DNA of 64,000 bases from Polymyxa betae A26-41 (GCA_003693705.1 RBZT01000499.1:186001-250000); one strand, 5' to 3'; counted from the first letter of the stretch, positions 13,523 through 25,801 are shown. The notes: generated by a model from the letters alone, not told the origin. Numbers and translations: made by a program.

Positions 13523-16500
13523 CTAAAGGTGTCCCATGAAATCTTCTTCGACTACTAGCAAAATCAACAGTTTATTAAAAGCATCAAGCTTCGATATTAT
13601 TCTGATCAGATTTAGGCCCCTATTAATTTGTGTCAGTTTCAACTGAAATCATAGGTAAGCAAAACTAATTCGAAACCTGAATGCGAGGTATCGGACCCGA
13701 TTGCCTTTGAACTAATCCTGGCATCGGAGGGATCCTGAGAACTTCTTAGTATAGAATGAAAAAGCAATGATTCGTGTAAACTAACGGATGGCTATACTGA
13801 AGCTCATCTGCATCGTCTAAGCCTTGGTCGAACTCGTCATAAGTCATGTGATGTGCTGGCACTGTTCCAGCTCCAAATTCCTCAAACTCCTAGCTGATCT
13901 TTAGAGATCAAATACAGTTCATTAAGTGAGACCGACCTCGTCACGAATCGTTTTTTTGGAGAGCGACGAATATCCCAAGGCTCCCAGCTTGTATCTGAAT
14001 TTATCCAGACACCAACCAGAACTGCAACTTCAAAACATTATTACAGATGAACGACATATCGGCAATTGAAGCTTACAGATTGCTTTTGGATAGATGTACA
14101 ACCGCAGCCAGAGCAATTGCAACAATGAATAAACTAATGAGAAACGCATGCCCAGTTTTTTTCGGAAACGTTGAGCATGGAATCATTTCCAAATCCCATT
14201 TCTCTCCACCAAAGCATGTATTACCAGGAATACGTCTAAATGAGGTCATTATCGAAGCATCACAGGGTCAACAACCAATACCTATATCCCTTCGTGACTC
14301 GATGGACACCATTTTGGTTGCATTGGTCTTCTATTTTTTGTACGAGATCATCGACAGGTTCACATACATCAGCATTTCGAGCGAATCCAACATCGCATTC
14401 GAAATCGCGATCTGTACATGGACAATCGCCAAGAAATTGACCTACTTGATATGTTTGGGGATTATAGCATTGTACTTCTCTCTTTCGTCTCGTATAGCTA
14501 ACTTTATGGCCCATGATACAGCTAGATTTCCCTCGATCATCTACCGGTGTCCATTCTTCAAAATCAGCTTCTTCACAGACACGCTCATGGAGTCCAGATA
14601 AATCTAAGTGTACGACTATGCCATTTCCGGATGCATCCATGCCATGCAAAAGAAAGGTTTGTGATCCTCCGCTCGGGTCGACAACGATCTTAGAAATTTG
14701 GATTGCGGTTTTTGAAATCTTGACGCGATACCATGATAGCGCTTGATTCCAAGAATAGAGTATATGATCAGTTGGAGCTGTATCTGGAGCCATAACTATT
14801 AAAGCTCCATGATTACCAAACTGGAAAATGTGTGAGCCTTTGGCAACTTGCTGCCATGACAGACCAGCATCACGAGACAAATATGATGCAGTTCCGATAT
14901 CACCCAATGCATCGCCGATGGTTCCAGTAGCCATAAGCAAGCCATAGGCAGATCTTCCACTGTACATAGCACCATATTTGTCGCTGACTCCATGCAGATG
15001 CAAATAGCAATCTTCACTCTGCGAACATGATATCTCATTCCCAAGAGCATCTAGTTTTGGTGGCGATAGATACGACCATATCGCACCCTTATCAAACGAT
15101 ATCGCTGTCCGAACAGAGGCAGTAGATCGGTCGAGTTTTCGACCCATTCCTTGCCAGTGATTAACGATGGCACCAGTCGAATCTTCATGATGAAGATAAT
15201 TTGCAATATAAACGCCTTCCAGTCCAGCAACTCGCTGAAAATCGGCGACTCCTTCCGGAGAGCGACGATTGTTAGGAAGACTTAGTGAGAATTGCATTCC
15301 ACTGGAATCCGACATGTAAACAGAACCCGATGGATCGTTGACGTCCTCATGGTTGATGTGAATAAACACGGATTGCTCAGAAGCATCAACGATCGTGAAC
15401 GACCGCTGTCCGAGAGTGGGAAGGTTCGCTCGAGTAAATTTAGGAAGCTGGTTGAATTCTGGAGCACTGGCATAGAGGTTGATGAGGTGCTGGGCATTTT
15501 TGTCCAAGGCCGCCACTGAAGCATAAATTAAGCGTGAATTCGGCTGAATGAAACTGTTGGCGTTGGCCAGAACCAGTGTAGCTGGCGTAGAAAAATAGTC
15601 TTTCGATGCGAAAAGGTCGATTCCAGAATCGGAAGAAAATGATTGGTCACCGGTCTAAGTAAACACTCAAATTTTGTCGTAACATCAAATATGGAAGGAT
15701 AAATTACCTTAGCCCGATGGATACAAGCAAGTATCGTGTCTTTAGCAGAAATGTCTTGCAGATTTACACGCTGCCAATCAGCGCTGCTGACATAATCTGC
15801 GATTTTGGACCATGATGCACCAAGATCATGACTATAAATAAGCTAAAACCCCAACAGCAGTCAGAACATTACATGACCAGCGGTCGTCGTCTATAACCTG
15901 CTGATAGCACGGCCCTGGTTTCTTCTTCTCTGTCGACGCACATGCCGGCGTCAGTACCAGAGCCAGAAGCCACGACTTCTCATACGGATGGAAATGGAAT
16001 GACGACACCGCCATCTCATCATAGGAGACGAACGTCTCACCACCATTATTGGAAATGAAGCCAGACGGCCCTTTCCCCATCAGCACTACCTGCAAGTAAC
16101 ATAATCCTCAGTCGCCATTTGCCAACAGGGTATCAGAACCATCACTCTACAGCCAAAATCCTATCACAAGAATCGTGTCCCTACCTGTCCATTATCGATT
16201 GGGTTGATCTCGACTCGATCGATTGCAATCGAGCCCGATTTCCTCAGCGATCTCAGGTTGGTTGAGAGGTCAACCCACTTCAGACCGTTATCAGTGCTGC
16301 GATAGACCCGACCCCGGGTCGTCCTCATGAAGACGATACCATCGTTGCCCCATTCGATCTGAGCGATCTCCGATGTGGTTTCCAGCGATGTGACACCAAG
16401 ATTGACTCCTTCTGGGATGTCCAACACCTCCGCCATTGTGCTGTCAGCGCTCCAGGTTTTCGGCTTCTTTCCTTTAGCTATTTGTCAAGGTCAGCAGAGT

Positions 16501-16945
16501 TGCACTTGCAGAAAGTTATCCTCCTGTACCTGGTTGAGCATCTTTCTTGGAATCATCCGGAACTTGATCCGGCTGAGGTTGCTTCTTGGAGATGTCTTGA
16601 ACTTGCTTGTTTGAATCTTGCTGAGGTTGCTGAGGTTGGTTTTTTTTGCCATCTTGATTGGCTTTGTCTTCCTCATTGGAATCGAGGCTTCCTTCAGTAA
16701 CTTCTTTTTCCACCTACCATGTTTCAACGCAGAATTCAAAAGACAACAGAATAACAGAATACCTGATCGACGACGTTATCAACTTCGATGTCGAGCGCCT
16801 TTGCTAACGCTTCCTGGGCTGTTTTCTTCGCAATCCGCTCTCGGACAAGTTTCTCAAGAGCCTTTCGATCAAGATTCGCTTTATTCACTTTCAATCCGCT
16901 TATAAGACCGATTAACAAAAACAGCAGTACGACGATCGCCTTCAT
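13523..16945 (-). CDS. VPS10: VPS10/sortilin-family vacuolar sorting receptor, multi-exon
   Basis: Signal peptide MKAIVVLLFLLIGL, Asp-box repeats (YRSTDNG, SFDKGAIW, LSRDAGLSW), 10CC module (CIMGHKVSYTRRK...CPCTDRDFECDVGF), TM helix and acidic cytosolic tail. Confidence 0.9.
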
Positions 16946-17152
16946 CGCGACACGAAACCCAATTGGATTGTACGTTGCAGCAACAATCAACAGTGTGCAG
17001 TTGAGCAGCTTGCAGTTCTGCTCAGAATCGTCACACACTAACGATTTACGAAAAGTTGGCGCATGTCTAACGAGGAGTTGTCTTTCTACCGGTACTGTAG
17101 AAAGTATCACGGTTGCTGTATAGGGAGAGCAGTCTGATAGAATGAATGTAGG

Positions 17153-18115
17153 TTAAAGTTCTGGGACCTCATTTGGATGTATTTCCGGGTATAATGGAGC
17201 CACAACGAACAGGCTTCTCGTGCCAAGATCAGGAACAACAGGAACAGAGGGCATCAATTTAGCGCCTTTCGCCATCTCACAGATCTTCATGCAATCATAT
17301 CCAAGGCAGTCGCCATCGTGTTCCGGCTTCGACGAAAGCAGATTTCCCGCCAAACCGGCGACATTACTCCAGCAGCAATCCAACGGGGTTGTGAACCCTT
17401 TTAGGATGCTTTTCAGCGCCGGGCTCTCTTGCTGATTTCCATCCCGATCGCGAAATACTCCCAGCGCGTGCAGAGTGAAATCTGTGACATCCAGCCGAAG
17501 CTGACGTTTGTTCATATGAGCAAACTGTACGCCGCAAACTAGTCTTGAAACGGATGCAACCTGCGAATAAATTCGAAGAATATCTTCAGCACAAAAGAAA
17601 CTGTTTCTGATCGCGATGACATGAGTGGCATCATAGGAACGATCCCAAAGCGGCTGCAAATGCGACTTTTCTCCCTCGAGGAAATACACAAACGGGATTC
17701 GCTTGGATTTCAGCAATGATTGGAACATCTCGACCCATGGCGGGGCCAAATCCAGCATCTTGTTAATTGATAACGAGACATGAAGTTCTGCTTTGCCCAA
17801 ACGATCAATTAAAATCATGATTTGGTCGAAAGCATTCCCCATTTGTTCCATTGTTTCGATTTGGACGATAACGAATAGTCTGGAGCCCTCTTTCGGTGAT
17901 GACACTGGGTGTTCAGTTAGACGCATGTGGGAACATACATCACCGAATCTGAAATCCATCCTTGGTTCGTAGATAAAAAAAAATAGCAGAATTCCTAATA
18001 GAACAGCCACAAGAGTGATAAGAATGATTGTCATAACTAGCCCCAACATGCCACAGTGGATACGCCCAATGCTACATATCCTTTTCTTGTTTTTGGCAGC
18101 GTCGTAATGGACCAT
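17153..18115 (-). CDS. CAP59/GT69-like (alpha-1,3-mannosyltransferase-like) type II membrane protein, copy A
   Basis: N-terminal TM anchor; FFCAEDILRI and CCWSNVA resemble GT69 FCxEDILEL and SCWNG; intronless. Confidence 0.6.
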   Translation of the reverse strand: MVHYDAAKNKKRICSIGRIHCGMLGLVMTIILITLVAVLLGILLFFFIYEPRMDFRFGDVCSHMRLTEHPVSSPKEGSRLFVIVQIETMEQMGNAFDQIMILIDRLGKAELHVSLSINKMLDLAPPWVEMFQSLLKSKRIPFVYFLEGEKSHLQPLWDRSYDATHVIAIRNSFFCAEDILRIYSQVASVSRLVCGVQFAHMNKRQLRLDVTDFTLHALGVFRDRDGNQQESPALKSILKGFTTPLDCCWSNVAGLAGNLLSSKPEHDGDCLGYDCMKICEMAKGAKLMPSVPVVPDLGTRSLFVVAPLYPEIHPNEVPEL

Positions 18116-18442
18116 TAACAAGCAGGTGATTAAAGAAAGAGATTCACAAAGCTAACGAAGCAGCATGTAGGTATAAACACAGAAGAACGACCTTAGGGTA
18201 CAATCGAATTTTTGATATCGATCTACGCAAAGCGTGGACAGATAGAGCGGCTTCAAATACTGTATTTCTAATGATTGATATGTGATCATTGGGGTCTAAG
18301 GTTGTATGGAACCGATTTGAGCTTTATCAGGCATTGATATCCATAACGTAAAGGTTTCCATGGTATTGAGCACTGCTGAGAAGCTAAGGTGTATGATACT
18401 AATATTGTCAATAAATAGGAACTTAATCATGCCATTGAAGCT

Positions 18443-18725
18443 TCATAAAGGCAGAGTAAACGCCAACGCAACCTGAGACGATGCATTTGTAGCTGTGGTC
18501 AATTCAATGAAGTTGCCGTAATGGCTGGATCGATACCCGTAAACGACGTGGAGTCTGCGATCATCATCGCTGTCGATCCATACTGATAGACTCAAAAGGA
18601 CGGGAAGGGGACGTCCACCACATCGAGCTAGTTGATAACAAAAGTGTATCACATAATGGACCGAAAATATAGATTCAGGAAGGCATTGGTTGAGGTCAGC
18701 CAGGAATCCGGATGGAATAACCTGA
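18443..18725 (-). pseudogene. Orphan, frameshifted last exon of a dual-Zn2Cys6/PAS gene (duplication by-product)
   Basis: Homologous to 20463-20752 (FHPDSW, CYQLARCGGRPLPVLLS) with frameshifts and no upstream exons. Confidence 0.8.
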
Positions 18726-18767
18726 TGTTGCAATCAGAGTGATCAAGAAAAAAAAATGTGAGTATTG

Positions 18768-19150
18768 ACCTACATGTTCAGCACAGAGTTCAACGTGACA
18801 ACATATTAAAAGAATACCTGATCGACGCCGTTATTTTTTTGCCTTCGATGTCGGACGTTTTGCGAAAGCTTCTAGCGCTGGTTTCTACACAATCCGCTCT
18901 CCGACAAAGTTTCAAGAGTTTCGCTTTCTTCACGTTCAATCGCTTTTAGGACAGTCTGACAAAAAGAAAAACGATCGCCTTCACCGTGACACGAAACCCA
19001 ACTGGATTGTACGTTGCAGCAGCAACCAGCAGTTGTGTTCAGCTGAGCAGCTGCAGTTCGGCTCAGAATGGTCACGACTAACGATTTACGCCTGCGAATG
19101 TTTACAAAGAGTTATCGTTCTACCGGTAGTGAGTACCACGGTAGTTGAAC
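18768..19150 (-). pseudogene. Decayed copy of VPS10 promoter/exon 1
   Basis: Aligns to 16712-17125; start ATG changed to GTG (cac at 18982-18984); several indels. Confidence 0.8.
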
Positions 19151-19181
19151 AGGGAGAGCAGTCTGATTCAATGTTTGTAGG

Positions 19182-20150
19182 TTAAAGTTCTGGAACTTCC
19201 TTAGGATGTATTTCTGGGTATAATGGAGCCACAGCGAACAGGCTTCTCGTGCCAAGGTCAGGAACAACAGGTACAGAGGGCATCAATTTAGCACCTTTCG
19301 CCATCTCGCAGATCATCATGCAATCATATCCAAGGCAGTCACCATCGTGTTCCGGTTTTGATGAAAGCAGATTTCCCGCCAAACCGGCGACATTACTCCA
19401 GCAGCAATCCAACGGGGTTGTGAACCCTTTTAGGATGCTTTTCAGCGCCGGGCTCTCTTGCTGATTTCCATCCTGATCGCGAGATACTCCCAGCGCGTGC
19501 AGAGTGAAATCTGTGACATCCAGCCGAAGCTGACGTTTGTTCATATGAGCAAACTGTACGCCGCAAACTAGTCTTGAAACGGATGAAATCTGCGAATAAA
19601 TTCGAAGAATATCTTCAGCACAAAAGAAACTGTTTCTGATCGCGATGACATGAGTGGCATCATAGGAACGATCCCAAAGCGGCTGCAAATGCGACTTTTC
19701 TCCCTCGAGGAAATACACAAACGGAATTCGCTTGGATTTCAACAATGATTGAAAAATCTCGACCCATGGCGGGGCCAAATCCAGCATCTTGTTAATTGAT
19801 AACGAGACATGAAGTTCTGCTTTGCCCAAACGATCAATTAAAATCATGATTTGGTCGAAAGCATTCCCCATTTGTTCCATTGTTTCGATATGGACAATGA
19901 TCAATAGCCTGGAGCCCTCTTTCGGTGATGACACTGGGTGTTCAATTAGACGCATGTGGGAACAGACATCACCGAATCTGAAATCCACCCTTGGTTTGTG
20001 GATAAGATGTAGTAGCTCAATTCCAAACAGAAAAGCCACAGAAGAGATAAGAATGGTCGTGATACATAGCCCCAACATGCCAAAGTGGATACGCCTCATG
20101 CCACATCGCCATCTCCTTTTTTTGTCTTTAAAAGCGTCGTATTGACCCAT
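19182..20150 (-). CDS. CAP59/GT69-like type II membrane protein, copy B
   Basis: Near-identical luminal domain to copy A; diverged N-terminus/TM. Confidence 0.6.
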   Translation of the reverse strand: MGQYDAFKDKKRRWRCGMRRIHFGMLGLCITTILISSVAFLFGIELLHLIHKPRVDFRFGDVCSHMRLIEHPVSSPKEGSRLLIIVHIETMEQMGNAFDQIMILIDRLGKAELHVSLSINKMLDLAPPWVEIFQSLLKSKRIPFVYFLEGEKSHLQPLWDRSYDATHVIAIRNSFFCAEDILRIYSQISSVSRLVCGVQFAHMNKRQLRLDVTDFTLHALGVSRDQDGNQQESPALKSILKGFTTPLDCCWSNVAGLAGNLLSSKPEHDGDCLGYDCMMICEMAKGAKLMPSVPVVPDLGTRSLFAVAPLYPEIHPKEVPEL

Positions 20151-20462
20151 CAACAAGCAGGTGATCGAATGAAAGGAAGCTCACAATGCTAATGAAGCAG
20201 CATGTAGGTATACGACAGAAGAAAACTTGAGCACTACAGAACACTTTGATAGCTACTGTAAGTACTTACGCAAAGCGCGCACAGATAGAGCGGCTTTCAA
20301 ACTCGACTGAAGTGTGATCGTGACATGGGGTAAATGTTATGTGGAATCTAACTAAGATTTATCAGACATTGTTATCCATGAACCACAGTTATCCATTGGA
20401 ATGAGCTTTGTTTAAAAGGTAAGAAGTATGATAGTAAGACAATGAATAAAATATTAGTGAGG

Positions 20463-21799
20463 TCATAGAGGCAGAGTGAATGCCAACGGAACCTGAGACG
20501 ACGCGTTTGCAGGCTGTGGTAAATCCAATGAGGTTGCCATATCGGTTGGTTCGACAACTGTAAACGAATACTTCGCATGGAAACTGCGATCATGAACTCT
20601 GTCAATCCATATTGAAAGACTCAAAAGGACAGGGAGAGGACGTCCATCACATCGAGCTAGTTGACAATAAAATCTCTGACAAAGCGGACCGAAAAGATAG
20701 AAATTCAGGAAGGCTTTGGATACGGTCAGCCAGGAATCCGGATGGAATAACCTGATGTTGCAATCAGAGAAATAAGTGCAAAATGTAAGCAGTTACTTGT
20801 ATACAAAAGGTAGCAAGTTTGGATTCCTATCAGGAGGATGGATTCCTTTCGATACCGCATCCTTCAGTATATCTGCCGAATAACCAAGAGCACTAAAAGC
20901 AGCAAGATTCATGGTTAACGATGTCCTTCCATTGTTCCGGGAATATACGATTTCTGGACTAGTATGAGAATCAGCTGGTGCCAAAACCTATTACAATGTT
21001 ATATTTTACATTAAACGCCACAACGATTACCTACCTTATCAGGCTCATCAGAGTGAATCATATTGATTCCAGATGCAGAGCGGTGACGGAAACCGTCTGA
21101 TATGATTTGGAAGTAGTCAAATCGACTTCGAAGCTTCTGTATCTCCTCAAAAGGCAATGCCCATTGCATGTCTTCACATATGCTATCACTAGAGCTGCGT
21201 TAGTATAACAGACAGAGCAGAATCTCAAAACGTAACAAACAGTTTTCCGGGCGAGAAAGACAATTCGAGCGCTACCAGCTTGTTGAGAGTATCCGGCCAG
21301 GTAGTCCAAAACTCTCGAACCGATGTAGGGAAAGGTAAAGTGGCAGCCAAAGGCACCTGAAACGTTACTCAGCTGAGGAAATGAAGAGTTATTTGGTCAA
21401 GCCTGGCAATTGGCACAATTGCTCAGCTGACCGTCAAGGTTCCAGTTTACTCACCATCTCACGAGCCCATACTCGAGGGACGTGCTTAGAAATCGGTATG
21501 GTTGATGTCAAACAGGAATGACTTAGACCCAAACGAACACAGCGAGGACATGGCCGTAGTGTGCTGCAGGCTACTTTAGAGTGAGAGCATGCACTGCATG
21601 CTGCCGTCCGCAGCCGTCTTGGACGGTGAAAACCGTTACTGATCTGGCGATCATGGCAAGATTCGTCGATCTCCAGTTTCACGCAGCGGCTGCATGGTCG
21701 GCGTCCATCGCATTTCTGTTTCCGTTCAGCACAGGCAGAACAAGCAACTCGGACTCTGGCTTGCTCGTTCCGACTAGCCTGGACTAGATTTCCAACCAT
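20463..21799 (-). CDS. Dual Zn(II)2Cys6 + PAS-like transcription factor, paralog ZC1
   Basis: Two C-x2-C-x6-C-x5-C-x2-C-x8-C clusters; spliced exons give TMNLAAFSALGYS...FHPDSW...QLARCDGRPLPV; extra intron 21357-21454. Confidence 0.85.
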
Positions 21800-22134
21800 G
21801 GAATCCCTATTCAGTGGCTTGGATCCTAATACGACACATGATTATTGCCGGTATGCAATGAGAAGGATTAGTCAACAACGAGAACGATAGCAGAGTTTGA
21901 CATCCCAGTCACGCAGTTTCCAGAAAGTGCCAGCTTGACTGAAAGTTCGGTCCCATTCATTATTAAATACAGCATACATATGGAAAAAAAGGCTGAAGTC
22001 TTTCTAGTCCAATCGAAGGCAGCTCCTTTCTGATGCAGACTTCGGGCATTCTGTTGTTTAGCGATTCCTATAGAGGGGAGAGATATTGCGGATGCTAATT
22101 AGAACAATTTTTGATAGACCCGACTGTAGCGGAA

Positions 22135-23383
22135 TCAATTACTGTCTGGACCATGCAGTACTGGTGTATCTGAGATCTGGGAAGGCTCACATGCCAAATC
22201 CTCAGTATTCTCAACTGCTAATACTGCCAATGTTGTGCCTACAGCAGGCGGGTCGGCGATTGTAAACGAATACGTCGCACAGAAATTGCGACGTTTATCG
22301 CTCCAGGCTGAGAAAGTCAGAAGGACAGGAATTGGGAGGCCATCGCATCGAGCAAGTTGGCAGTAAAACTTTTGGCATACAGGGCGGAATAGATAGTAAT
22401 TTAAGAACGCTTTCGAGAGAACCACCCATGAATCCGGATGAAACATCCTGGTGTCATTGCTTAGGATTACCAAAGCATAAGCCGGCTGCCTTACTTGTAT
22501 ATAAATGGTAAAAAGTCTGGATTTCTATCGAAACCATGAACCCCATTTGTCACTGCATCCTTTATTATATCTGCTGAATAGCCCAGCAAACTGACAGCCG
22601 CATTGTTCATTGTCAATGACGTCGTTGGCTGTCCATTTCGAGAATATCGGAATTGTGGTGTTGCAATAGAACTTGTGGCAAAATCCTACTATAAAGTTTA
22701 ATAGAATGACACCGCACTATAATAAAAACGATGACCTGGTTAGAGTGCACCATGTTAATTCCAGAAATCGAACGGCGACTGACTGATTCAAGTATTCGGG
22801 AATAGTCAAGTCGATTTCTAAGATTTTGAACCTCATCAGGATGCAGCGCCCATCCAATGCTCACGCAGAGTTGATCCCTAGAAACCAATTACCAAAGAGC
22901 TAAACAGTAAACAAAAACTAACAATCTCTCAGGCGATAAAGCTAATTCTAACGCTACCAGCTTATTGAGAGTGTCTGGAAAGGTCATCCAAAAATCTCGA
23001 ATCGAACGAGGGAAAGGTAGATTCATGGCCAAAGGAACCACTTCCCGAGCCCACATTCGAGGAATGTATTGTCTCATTGGCAGAGCTGGTGCTACACACG
23101 AATGGCCCAGACCTAAACGAACACATCGCGGGCATGGCCGGACCGCACTGCAAGCGACTTTGGAATAAGAACATGCAGCGCATGCTGGCGCTTTCAGTCG
23201 TCTCGAACGGTGGCACCCGCCGCTAATTTGACGATCTTGACATGAATCGTCCCGTTTGAGGCCAATACAGCGACTGCAGGGTCTTTGGCCATCACATCTC
23301 TGTTTTCGGGCAGCACAAGTGGAACAAGCGACCCGGACCTTGCACCGCTCGCTTCGGTTGGCTTGGACCAGATCCGAACCCAT
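22135..23383 (-). CDS. Dual Zn(II)2Cys6 + PAS-like TF, paralog ZC2
   Basis: CSTCAARKQRCDGQRPCSRC and CAACSYSKVACSAVRPCPRC; last exon FHPDSW...CQLARCDGLPIPV. Confidence 0.85.
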
Positions 23384-23749
23384 TTAGAATGAAGGAATTC
23401 GGACTCAGAAAATTCCGAATCACCCTCTGATGGCAAAGTGGAGGAATACTTTGTAACATCAACGTGCCAAGTAAACGCAGCCTGTCCCCTGCGTAAAGGA
23501 GAGAATAACCGGCGATTATCTAAGCGAAAGGTGCCAATCAGAAGTCCAAAACTTTCTGCATCCGTTTGGTTCAGGCGGTTGATTGTTTCCGTTATATCTG
23601 CAGCTAATATCTGTGTCTGCCATACTGCCCGAAATGAAAAGCTTCGCACTAATATAACAGGATACACACGAATCCAATTATGTATGCTTTTTAGAAAACA
23701 ATATTCATATATAGGTTATGAAATTTAAAAGAAAAGGAATTAAACACAA

Positions 23750-23997
23750 TTAGAATGTCTTTGAATTGACCACAGCGTGTGGTTCTACGATTGTGAATGA
23801 AAACGTCGTCGCATGGATGGTGCGGTATTGATCTTTATCCAACCAGGCTGAGTACCTCACATGGACAGGAATAGGACGACCATTACATCATGCCAGTTGA
23901 CAGTACAATTTCTGATGAACTGCACTGTAAGTTGGATGATAAATTAGAAATTTAAGATTGCCTTCGAAAGCTCCAGCCATGAATCCGGATGAAATAC
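23750..23997 (-). pseudogene. Orphan last exon of a dual-Zn2Cys6/PAS gene with stops and frameshift
   Basis: Translates FHPDSWLELSKAILNF*, then in another frame HQKLYCQLA*CNGRPIPV. Confidence 0.8.
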
Positions 23998-24606
23998 CAA
24001 ACCTCCAGTTACGCACTTAAATAATACTCGTATGTTTTTATAGCAGCTTTCCAACAATCTTTCTATTTTATCTGGGATTGATCCAAAAACGCAGGTGTTT
24101 ATCCGTCATCTTTCAAACCTGAAAAAATATACAAAAAATCTCATTTCCAAAGATTTAAATACCCACCCCCTTAACAAAATCCTGAAGCAAAAACCAAAAA
24201 TCCAATACCCCAACAAAGGTATAATTCGAATAAACAACCCCCAATAACTTCAAAACATCCAACATGTATAAATATCTTGTGATATAACTGACTAAATATT
24301 CATTGATTGACTATCCATTTTTTTCCAAATTGATTAATACTTTCTCCGTTTCCTTTTTCTCATGTCATTAGTAGCAACCGCTTCCTGACTTCATCAAAAA
24401 TACAATTTTTGGCTGTCCCGAAAACGATCCACAACTTTCATTGTCGGGAGCAGATTCTGAAGTTTAAAACCGGGCTATTAGACTATCGTTCTATGGGCGA
24501 GCAGGGCAGGCATCACTAAATACAGCGTATGACATAATTGCCATCTGAATTGAAGGTTTGGTCCAGCAGACTGTTTAGTTAGGGCCTCAACAAATCCAAA
24601 ACCTAA

Positions 24607-25801
24607 TTAACAACCTTTGCCATCAATAGGAAATTTTGAACTCGACGAGTCGCAGACGGCTGAGCGTTCTGCTATTGTGAACGCAAAGGAGGCTCGGTAA
24701 ACGCCCTCTTTGCTGATCGTTCCTGTGAGACTCATGTGGACAGGAAGAGGACGGCCATCACACCGTACCAGCACAGAATCAAACCTCTGACATATCACTG
24801 ATGGGAAGAGATAGAAGTTTAAGGCCACATGGGAGAAAACTACCCAGTTATCTGGATGAAAAAAACTGTAACCTTAAGTTAGGACGAGTTAGAGTATAAT
24901 GAAATTGTTACTTGTAGACGAGTGGGAGAAAGTTTGGATTGTTATCAGCAGCATGGACTCCCTTACTCACTGCGTCTTTCAAAGCATCTTCTGAATAGCC
25001 AAGTAAAGCACGAGCCGCATCGTTCATGCTCATCCATGTGCATGCACCATCTCGGAGATACGAGAATTCGGGACAATCGGGAACTCGGGGAATTGCTTTA
25101 GGGTCCTAAAATTGATTGGTTTTTACAGTACCATTACATGAGATACCTACCTGAATGCATTCAATCGTATCACCTAAACAAAGCGGGGATTGATTGTTAG
25201 CTTGTGAATGTGATACTATCTCCAGAGAATTCAATGTTCTACGAAGGTTCATTATGTCTTCAGGAAGAACCGCCCACGACAGTTTCTCGCAGAGTCTATC
25301 ACTGAAACAAGATTATTGAAAGCACTGAGAAGAAGATGCAACAGACATTCCCTCAGGCGACAAGGCCAATTCGAGTGTTACGAGAGGATTGAAGAATTTT
25401 GGCCAATTGATGAAAAATTCTCGAACGGATCGCGGAAAGGGAAGAGTAAGCGACAATGGCGCCATCTCACGAGCCCAGATTCTGGATATATGTGTAGGTG
25501 TCAGCAAATTTGATGCTACGCAAGCGAGGCTTAATCCCAAACGAACACATCGAGGGCATGGCCGCCCTTGACTACAAGCGACTTTGGCATGCGAACATGC
25601 ATTACAGGCGGTCGTCCTGAGACGACGGCGAGCACGGCGACCGCCGACGCCAAACTGGCGATCTTGACAGGAATCGGCTATTTGGAGCTTGATACATCGA
25701 CTGCATGGCCGTTGATCATCACATCTGAGTTTGCTTTCAGCACAAGCTGAACAAGCAACACGGACCCTGCTTCTTTGTGAAACACTTTGAAATGAAATCA
25801 T
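24607..25801 (-). CDS. Dual Zn(II)2Cys6 + PAS-like TF, paralog ZC3
   Basis: ORF 25313-25801 with two clusters; downstream exons MNDAARALLGYS, FFHPDNW, RCDGRPLPV. Confidence 0.85.

Larger units (their letters stand above)
16712..20780. repeat. Tandem segmental duplication, ~2.03 kb unit (A ~16712-18760; B ~18768-20780)
   Basis: Both units contain, in order, VPS10 5' sequence, a GT69-like gene and a Zn-cluster gene last exon; alignable by eye throughout. Confidence 0.9.

Noticed and set aside
14047-14601. 184-aa plus-strand ORF and many similar antisense ORFs in the track
   Set aside because: Shadow ORFs opposite well-supported genes (VPS10, LRR, H2A, RUVBL1)
18766-18773. TGACCTAC at the duplication junction, same as the MITE-like repeat
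   Set aside because: Explained by the fusion of intron sequence with the VPS10-derived cctac; one 8-mer is not significant
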